Source: a virus. From it: a stretch of DNA of 64,000 nt. Both the position numbers and the translations under genes were made by a program. Shown here in pieces: positions 57,902 through 64,000 of this stretch (within the stretch, counting starts at the first letter, position 1; every line of letters begins with the position of its first letter). The stretch lies in the UHGV virus genome UHGV-0180032; one strand, given 5' to 3'. Below the pieces are notes generated by a model. It was not told the DNA's origin. It saw only the letters and a list, made by a program, of their open reading frames with translations, and searched no databases.

Positions 57902-58261
57902 ATGGCTTACAATCACAACTCTATTGTTTTAGCAAAACGTAAATTCGGTCTTCATCTTTCTTACGTGATTCGTCATTTGACAGCGAAAGACATTACACAG
58001 CGTGAACTTGCTCAGCTTGCAAAAGTTTCACAACCGGTTATTTCATCCATTAAGAACGATCATAGCGAACGTCCGAGTCTACCAATAATGATGAAGGTTG
58101 CTGATGCAATTCGTCTGAAATATCAGATTACGTTTAATTCCGTTAAAGGACGTTGCTCAGTAACGGTTCACGTAGAGTCTGCGTTGGACTACGTTGCAAA
58201 TACGTCCCTTAAACGTACCGCGAAGAATATTCGTTTTGTTACTAACAGCGCAACACATTAA
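57902..58261 (+). CDS. XRE-family helix-turn-helix DNA-binding protein
   Basis: ITQRELAQLAKVSQPVISSIKNDHSERPSLPIMMKVADAI matches the HTH_XRE pattern; ATG 57902. Confidence 0.65.
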   Translation: MAYNHNSIVLAKRKFGLHLSYVIRHLTAKDITQRELAQLAKVSQPVISSIKNDHSERPSLPIMMKVADAIRLKYQITFNSVKGRCSVTVHVESALDYVANTSLKRTAKNIRFVTNSATH

Positions 58262-58282
58262 TCAACCTAAAGGAGTATTATC

Positions 58283-58966
58283 ATGGCACCGAGAACTAAG
58301 AAAACCGAAGTTAAAGAAGCCGTAGAAAAACCGGTTGATACTAAGGAAGCGGAAGTTAAGCAGACTGAGCCTAGCAAGAAGCTTGCGCTTATGCCGCCTG
58401 CCACAGAAATACACGGGGATAAAATCTTAAGTTACACTCCGCGCGCGAGTTTAACGATCGATATTTACCATTACCCAGTATTCGACCTGTACACGCTTGT
58501 CTGTCGACTCGACGATGAGATACTGGCAGTCGTGCCAGGCATCCACAAAGAAAAACTGCTTACGGGTTCAGTCATTAGCGAGATTTTCCTGCGTTTGATG
58601 TTTAAATCAGACGATAAGATGATCAGCCAGATTGCTAGTAAATTGACTGACTTCTTTGTTGAGGCTTCAACGTGGTTAGGCTTTCACCCAACGGCTTATT
58701 TCGTTTTCGACACCAAAATGTTGTATGCTGAAATGGGTGATAGTGTTAAGTATCCTATCTTGCTTAATGAAGAAGTCGTTCCGTTTTCCCTTACCAGTCC
58801 TAACAAACATCTTCGCTTTCATCCGGCGTTAGAAAGCCTGATTGAATACAATCGGTTGGAAAAATATTACGCTTATCATCGCATGTTCTTTGAACTTCTG
58901 CGTGATAAATTAAGAGGAAAAGTTCCAGATTCTAGTGCGGCATTCACTAGTTCTAAGCTTTGGTAG
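58283..58966 (+). CDS. hypothetical protein (227 aa) with Lys/Glu-rich N-terminus
   Basis: ATG with AGGAG upstream; terminator follows. Confidence 0.65.
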   Translation: MAPRTKKTEVKEAVEKPVDTKEAEVKQTEPSKKLALMPPATEIHGDKILSYTPRASLTIDIYHYPVFDLYTLVCRLDDEILAVVPGIHKEKLLTGSVISEIFLRLMFKSDDKMISQIASKLTDFFVEASTWLGFHPTAYFVFDTKMLYAEMGDSVKYPILLNEEVVPFSLTSPNKHLRFHPALESLIEYNRLEKYYAYHRMFFELLRDKLRGKVPDSSAAFTSSKLW

Positions 58967-58979
58967 TTTGTAACAAACA

Positions 58980-59007
58980 GGGAGCTTCGGCTCCCTTTTT
59001 CTTTTTA
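58980..59007 (+). terminator. rho-independent terminator
   Basis: stem gggagc/gctccc with ttcg loop, then tttttctttt. Confidence 0.7.
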
Positions 59008-59052
59008 CAACTTTTTCTTTTGTTGTGAGGAAAGCCGATAAGGAGTATTAAA

Positions 59053-60039
59053 ATGGTATATCGTAAAACGATAGAAAGAACCTCTTCTGATTTAACCGTA
59101 GGACGCTTAGCCCGTAGAGATATTCGCAATCCTCAACTTCAGGAATGTTTAACGGGTCCCAACGGTGCGGTGATTCGTGAAGCGCTGTGCAATACCGAGC
59201 TGAATACGTTCTCTTTACAAAAAGGAAAAACAATCCAAGGGTTTATCATCACAAAACACATTTACGGTGACCCAACGTTACACTGTTTGTATATGCATGA
59301 AATTGTACCTGGGTGTTTGAACAAACTGAGCCTTCTATTGGTACTTGACTATACGGGTTTTACGTACCTTAACCGAATTGCCAGAGGTGTGGAAGAAATT
59401 GCCGAGCTTAACGATTTAGGGTTTAGACATACCCGCACAGCATATCGTTTAGGTACACGTACGTTATCGGATGTCACTTTACCGACGAACGTGAAGAACG
59501 TCTCCGGCGATTTCTATAAAGACTTAACCGGAGCACAACGTGAACAGCTCATGATGTTGTTTGGCACTAGCGTCGTTGAAAACATCAATGCTGACCCTGT
59601 ATCGCGTTCTCGACAAATAATGCCGCAAGTTGAAACATTGGTGGAGTTAGTGCGACACGTCAATCACTACACTTACGTTTGGATGGACGGTAATGACGTC
59701 GTGGGTGTGGTGCAAGTTAAATCACGTAATCTTAGTGAGTGCGAACTAAAAGCCATTGCGGTAAGTGAATCACATCGGGGTCGTGGGATTGGGCGTGCGT
59801 TGTTGTACCGTGCTTTACAGATTGCATCGACAACAGCAGCGCCATTAGAAATAGGGTGTTACAATAACAACCCAGCATTTAGACACCTGGCCGTAGATTT
59901 GTTTAAATTCCGTCCCTACGAGTACGAATTTGTTTTAGTGCGCGACGACGATGTCGTCAGTTGGGAGCGTCGGAAAAACCGCGTCGAGTTAGTGTTAGGC
60001 AACGAAATGTCATCGTTACAAGGCGGAATTAATGCATAA
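59053..60039 (+). CDS. two-domain protein with C-terminal GNAT acetyltransferase domain (328 aa)
   Basis: C-terminal SHRGRGIGRALLYRAL GNAT motif; ATG with AAGGAG upstream; overlaps Dam start. Confidence 0.6.
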   Translation: MVYRKTIERTSSDLTVGRLARRDIRNPQLQECLTGPNGAVIREALCNTELNTFSLQKGKTIQGFIITKHIYGDPTLHCLYMHEIVPGCLNKLSLLLVLDYTGFTYLNRIARGVEEIAELNDLGFRHTRTAYRLGTRTLSDVTLPTNVKNVSGDFYKDLTGAQREQLMMLFGTSVVENINADPVSRSRQIMPQVETLVELVRHVNHYTYVWMDGNDVVGVVQVKSRNLSECELKAIAVSESHRGRGIGRALLYRALQIASTTAAPLEIGCYNNNPAFRHLAVDLFKFRPYEYEFVLVRDDDVVSWERRKNRVELVLGNEMSSLQGGINA

Positions 60040-60847
60040 ACCAATTATAAAGTGGATGGGTGGCAAATCGCGGATTATCGACACCTTACTACAAGTCTTA
60101 CCTGAACGTACCACTTTCGTTGAACCGTTTGTTGGAGCAGGGTCAGTGTTTTTGAACACACGTTATAAACGTTACATTCTTGCTGACTCTAACCCTGACT
60201 TAATCCAGTTGTTGAATGTGGCAAAAGACCAACCTGAAGAACTTATCTTAAAGTCGAAACCACTATTCGAAGACGGCAACGATTGTATTAAGTATATGGA
60301 GAGACGAGAACTGTTTAATCGCGAAACGGATATGGCTCCGTTAGACCGGGCAGCGATGTTTCTGTACTTAATGCGTCACGGTTTTAACGGGATGTGTCGT
60401 TACAACGGTAGCGGCGGATTTAACGTTCCGTTTGGTCGCTATCCTAACGGTGTGTATTACCCGTTAGAAGAGATTCGTGGATGGGCTAAACGTTGTCAAG
60501 AACCGGAATACTTAGAAATTGTTTGTGAAGATTTCCGAACAGTTTTAGAACGTACACCGGAAGACAGCGTGATTTACGCAGACCCACCGTATATACCGCT
60601 CTCAGAGACCGCTAAACACGCACAATACCATCGGAAGGAGTTTTCCCAGGCCGACCATCGAGAACTCGCCAGAGCGCTGTTTAAGCAGGTTGAGAAAGGG
60701 AATAGCGTTGTGTTGTCCAATGCGGATACGTTACTAACGCGTGAGATTTATTACGGTTTTGAATGGCGTTCTGTGGAAGTAGGACGGTATATGGGTGCGT
60801 CAGGTGCTGCTCGTAAAACGGTAACGGAATTGTTAGGAGTGCTCTAA
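60032..60847 (+). CDS. dam: Dam-type DNA N6-adenine methyltransferase
   Basis: KWMGGKSR, FVEPFVGAGSVF (AdoMet binding) and catalytic DPPY in ADPPYIPL. Confidence 0.8.
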   Translation: MHKPIIKWMGGKSRIIDTLLQVLPERTTFVEPFVGAGSVFLNTRYKRYILADSNPDLIQLLNVAKDQPEELILKSKPLFEDGNDCIKYMERRELFNRETDMAPLDRAAMFLYLMRHGFNGMCRYNGSGGFNVPFGRYPNGVYYPLEEIRGWAKRCQEPEYLEIVCEDFRTVLERTPEDSVIYADPPYIPLSETAKHAQYHRKEFSQADHRELARALFKQVEKGNSVVLSNADTLLTREIYYGFEWRSVEVGRYMGASGAARKTVTELLGVL

Positions 60848-61620
60848 TGCGTATAGTGGATATCCACGATTATCGTAATGACCATTTAGCGATTGGTGTC
60901 GAAGGGAAAATGGTTTCGTTAACCCGTGTACGCAAAGGGTTAATGGAAAAGGAAATCATTCGGGAATCTGAAGACCCCACCTTTATCATCCTTTCGAACA
61001 CTAACCAGTTACAGGGTATCTTTTCAGGGCGTGCTGACGGTAAGATTTTCTATATGTCCGCAATCGTTGTGTTTGCGAAGAAGAACATCAACTTCGCCCA
61101 ACTCAAACGTTTGTTAAACGTGAAGATGTTTGACGTTACATACCCTGCTAATGACCTAAAACGCCGTGATCAGTTAATGGCGTTTTTGGGTATGCAACCA
61201 ACGTCAATCGATTATGACCTTACGATTACTGAAAAGCCGGAAGTGCGCACTGACTTACCTGACGTGGTCGACGTTGAATCCCTAACGTTAGAAGAGACGT
61301 TTACGATTCCTAAGGTTGTTAATGTCAACCTGGACACGCACTGTTTAGGGTTGTTAGCTGTAGGTGCAGCAGAAGGGTTGTGTTGTCGTAAAGACGGTAA
61401 GGTTGAAGGAATCTTAGTCTATTCGAAAATCAACGAAAAGACGTTTGCCACCGAAGGCTTTTTCTATAACGAGTGTACTTACGGAAACGCGCTACTGACC
61501 ACGTATTTCCGTATTGCTTATCTGAAAGGCGCAACTGTTCGCCTCACGTTTCCATACACAGCACCACCGTCTATGGGTGGAGTTGAGGTAGAACCACTAA
61601 CAGGCCACTTTATCTTTTAA
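60847..61620 (+). CDS. hypothetical protein (257 aa)
   Basis: ATG overlapping Dam stop. Confidence 0.65.
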   Translation: MRIVDIHDYRNDHLAIGVEGKMVSLTRVRKGLMEKEIIRESEDPTFIILSNTNQLQGIFSGRADGKIFYMSAIVVFAKKNINFAQLKRLLNVKMFDVTYPANDLKRRDQLMAFLGMQPTSIDYDLTITEKPEVRTDLPDVVDVESLTLEETFTIPKVVNVNLDTHCLGLLAVGAAEGLCCRKDGKVEGILVYSKINEKTFATEGFFYNECTYGNALLTTYFRIAYLKGATVRLTFPYTAPPSMGGVEVEPLTGHFIF

Positions 61621-61629
61621 GGATGATGA

Positions 61630-61857
61630 ATGGAAATCAAACGTATTGTAACCAAAAACAAACAGATTGTTTACGTCGCGGGTGATAACGAATTCTCGGC
61701 GGTAATCAACAGCGAAAATGTGCTCGTTATCGGTTATCCGGGTAAAGTTATTACGCGCAGTCACCAACGTGTGATTGACAAACTTATCGCAAAAGCGAAA
61801 GCGCGTGACGGTGTTGGTTCAGTACAAACCCACACGGGGTTAACGCTGGCCCTCTAG
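61630..61857 (+). CDS. hypothetical protein (75 aa)
   Basis: ATG with GGATGA upstream. Confidence 0.5.
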   Translation: MEIKRIVTKNKQIVYVAGDNEFSAVINSENVLVIGYPGKVITRSHQRVIDKLIAKAKARDGVGSVQTHTGLTLAL

Positions 61858-61896
61858 TCAGCAGGTAATATGACCTCTTAACTGGAGACTTTAATA

Positions 61897-62403
61897 ATGA
61901 GTGAGACTCTGGATTTTAATCAGCTCGAACAACACGATTTCGACCTCGGTGTTCGTGATATCGATGCTGATCATGAAACACGTTGTAAAGAGCTGTTTAA
62001 CCGTTACGGTCAGCTCATCACCGGTGCATCTGACGACACCGAATTCAGTTTAGATGAGTTTGAAAAAGTTCTGTCGTGTTTTATCACTGACTGTCTGGCG
62101 AAGAAAGCGTTGCTGGTCGAACTGAACTTAGACTCCGTCGAACCTACTGATGCTCATGCTGTGTTGAAAGAATCCATTATCCCAACCGATGAGATTATGG
62201 ACACTGTCGCAGGTATTCGCGGTACGTTTGAAACTGCCGTAGAAGAATACACGGAACAGCTTCGTGAATCAGGACTGACGTTGTGTGCGCCAGCAGGTGA
62301 ATCATTACCGTCCGACGAAGAAACTGAAGAAGCGCGTAGTCGCTTAGCGCGTTATGTTATTACGTCTATCTTGGTAGATGATCGCGAAGAGAATCTGCTA
62401 TAA
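61897..62403 (+). CDS. strongly acidic protein (168 aa)
   Basis: Roughly a quarter of residues are D or E; last gene of the GNAT-Dam operon; terminator follows. Confidence 0.65.
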   Translation: MSETLDFNQLEQHDFDLGVRDIDADHETRCKELFNRYGQLITGASDDTEFSLDEFEKVLSCFITDCLAKKALLVELNLDSVEPTDAHAVLKESIIPTDEIMDTVAGIRGTFETAVEEYTEQLRESGLTLCAPAGESLPSDEETEEARSRLARYVITSILVDDREENLL

Positions 62404-62407
62404 GCTG

Positions 62408-62446
62408 CCCCTCTCTCCGTTTGGAGAGAGGGTGTATTTATTTTTA
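62408..62446 (+). terminator. rho-independent terminator
   Basis: stem cccctctctcc/ggagagaggg followed by tgtatttattttt. Confidence 0.7.
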
Positions 62447-62500
62447 CGCGTATAGCCGTAGTTATGCACAAGTAAACAAAATTAATTGAGGAACAATCTG

Positions 62501-62818
62501 ATGTGGTTAAGTGCTATTCACCGTGATTTGCCAAAACGTGACGTGTCGTTTACTGTTGAGGACGCACCGATCACGGTAGGTGTCGCTAAATTCGAAAGAA
62601 TCGAAGAAGGGCAGTTTGTTGTAATGGATGACAACGACAACGAATTTATGTTGTATCATCCCGAAGTGGACACCTCTGAAATTTGTGACGGTGTTCTTTT
62701 GTTGTCCTGGCAAAACCCTGAAACCAAAGAATGGAAGTGGTGCGTTGCTAAACCGACAAATGAAGCCGGAACCGCATACGTGTTTGGGGAAATTTATGTC
62801 GAACCAGAACCACACTAA
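62501..62818 (+). CDS. hypothetical protein (105 aa)
   Basis: ATG 62501 with GAGGAA upstream. Confidence 0.6.
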   Translation: MWLSAIHRDLPKRDVSFTVEDAPITVGVAKFERIEEGQFVVMDDNDNEFMLYHPEVDTSEICDGVLLLSWQNPETKEWKWCVAKPTNEAGTAYVFGEIYVEPEPH

Positions 62819-62864
62819 TTTCGATATAACTTCAGCATTGTGTTGTTAACGGTCTAAAAAATTT

Positions 62865-62896
62865 AAGATATATTTCATCTATGTGAGAATTCTCAC
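62865..62896 (+). promoter_or_regulatory. phage promoter motif variant (AGATATATTTCATCTATGTGAG) plus 14-bp perfect palindrome GTGAGAATTCTCAC
   Basis: Fifth copy of motif; palindrome 62883-62896; ~25 nt upstream of ATG 62920. Confidence 0.4.
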
Positions 62897-62919
62897 TTAA
62901 CTAAATGGAGTAATCTAAA

Positions 62920-63189
62920 ATGGCTAAGATTTACATTGTTGAAAAACGTTCAGGTAATGTTCTTTCTTATCACGAAGAAGGTAAACCCGAAAAAGTTAAA
63001 ACGCTCAAGCTTGAAGGTTTTGATGTGAAAAGCCTGCGTAAAGGCGTGAAGATTACTTTCAAAGGTTTGATTCGTGCAGGTAACTTACACATCATCAAAA
63101 CAGATGGAACGATGGTTGCGTTAGCACCGGCCACCGCTGCGAAAACGACAGCCGGTCGTGGTTGCTACGGCAGCAGTCGTAAGTTTTAA
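62920..63189 (+). CDS. hypothetical small basic protein (89 aa)
   Basis: ATG with AATGGAG upstream; terminator follows. Confidence 0.55.
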   Translation: MAKIYIVEKRSGNVLSYHEEGKPEKVKTLKLEGFDVKSLRKGVKITFKGLIRAGNLHIIKTDGTMVALAPATAAKTTAGRGCYGSSRKF

Positions 63190-63195
63190 GCAGTG

Positions 63196-63234
63196 CCCCT
63201 CTCTCCTAGCGGAGAGAGGGTACTTTTATTTTTC
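63196..63234 (+). terminator. rho-independent terminator
   Basis: stem cccctctctcc/ggagagaggg (same arms as 62408) followed by tacttttatttttc. Confidence 0.7.
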
Positions 63235-63247
63235 TTCGAGGTGTGCG

Positions 63248-63736
63248 ATGACAACGGTATTGGTAACAAAGGATTACATTTTAGCCGATCGGTTGGTTGA
63301 TTACGGCGGTACAGTTAAAGAGCTTCCTAAATTACACAAATACAAAAACAAATTCGTTGTTTACACTGGGGAACGTGTATTGGACTCGGATCTCTGGAAA
63401 ACGATGATAATATCCGCAGCAGAAAAATATTTGATTGAAGAAAAGCGAACTAAAGTTGAAGGGATATTTAAAGATCTTATCGAAAAAGAACGACTTTTCG
63501 ATCAGGTTATTATTTTTACAGCTAAGGAAACGTTTTGGCTAGGGTTGGTAGCAGATAAATTTGAAGCCCACACATTGAATAAAAACACAGTTTGGGCATC
63601 GGGTTCGGGTCAAGGTTTTGCCCGTGCAGCATGGGCGTCAGGCATAGCCGAAAAGAATATCGTCCCCTTAGTAGGTTCGATTGATACAGCTTCATCACAA
63701 ACGTACGACTTGTTTTACAGGAAGCAGTTACGATGA
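63248..63736 (+). CDS. hypothetical protein (162 aa)
   Basis: ATG 63248; ORF-track start 63158 lies upstream of the terminator. Confidence 0.6.
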   Translation: MTTVLVTKDYILADRLVDYGGTVKELPKLHKYKNKFVVYTGERVLDSDLWKTMIISAAEKYLIEEKRTKVEGIFKDLIEKERLFDQVIIFTAKETFWLGLVADKFEAHTLNKNTVWASGSGQGFARAAWASGIAEKNIVPLVGSIDTASSQTYDLFYRKQLR

Positions 63737-64000
63737 AAATAAATGCGGTTTTAATTGGCGATGAAATATTCGTGAATACAAAAACACAATATTTGTGTTA
63801 CGAAGGTATTACTGTAATAGACGACTATTACAGTAAATACGGTTGGTGGATTCCGTCACCTAACTCTTTGCGATTAGAAGAAGCAATAACTGCCGAAGAA
63901 AACAAACTGGATGATGAATGGACTTATATCAGCTCCGTAATTGACGTTAGCGGACGAATTAAAGACGTCTTCTGGGCTAAAAGTATAGGGTGGCGTGTTA
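63733..64000 (+). CDS. hypothetical protein (3' partial; runs off window end)
   Basis: ATG 63733 overlapping upstream stop (ATGA); open to 64000 with no stop. Confidence 0.5.
   Translation, partial: MKINAVLIGDEIFVNTKTQYLCYEGITVIDDYYSKYGWWIPSPNSLRLEEAITAEENKLDDEWTYISSVIDVSGRIKDVFWAKSIGWRV

Noticed and set aside
1-64000. tRNA genes, CRISPR repeats, integrase, attachment sites or IS elements
   Set aside because: No cloverleaf-like conserved tRNA ends, no regularly spaced direct repeats, and no recombinase or transposase motifs were seen by eye; a dedicated scan (tRNAscan-SE, CRISPR finder) would be needed to be certain.

Overview
This 64-kb window is a gene-dense segment (about 70 ORFs on both strands, short intergenic gaps, many stem-loop terminators) of a large virulent dsDNA bacteriophage genome. 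From sequence alone it fits best with a phiKZ-like jumbo phage of an enterobacterial host: a 761-aa major-capsid-like gene with strongly host-optimal codons, two tandem paralogous acidic virion-type proteins, a repeated AT-rich promoter motif containing TATATTAC, and many lineage-specific hypothetical genes. Functions recognisable by motif are an SF2 helicase C-terminus (5' partial), a DEDDy 3'-5' exonuclease, an HExxH metallopeptidase, DHFR, a RuvC-like resolvase, three GNAT acetyltransferases, a SLOG/DprA-like protein, thymidylate kinase, an XRE-type HTH regulator and a Dam-type N6-adenine methyltransferase. No rRNA, tRNA, CRISPR array, integrase or IS element was seen. The most interesting unexplained structures are: (i) a candidate programmed -1 ribosomal frameshift (U7 slippery run plus hairpin) that would extend the 652-aa protein into an otherwise start-less 420-nt open frame; (ii) three tandem paralogous ~55-codon genes that each end in an SD-like AGG-AGA rare-arginine pair and are followed by G-rich hairpins; (iii) five copies of a promoter motif followed by dyad-symmetric elements; (iv) a GNAT-Dam operon ending in a strongly acidic protein. 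All product calls are motifs read by eye; no database search, GC calculation or folding was run, and most CDS are hypothetical.
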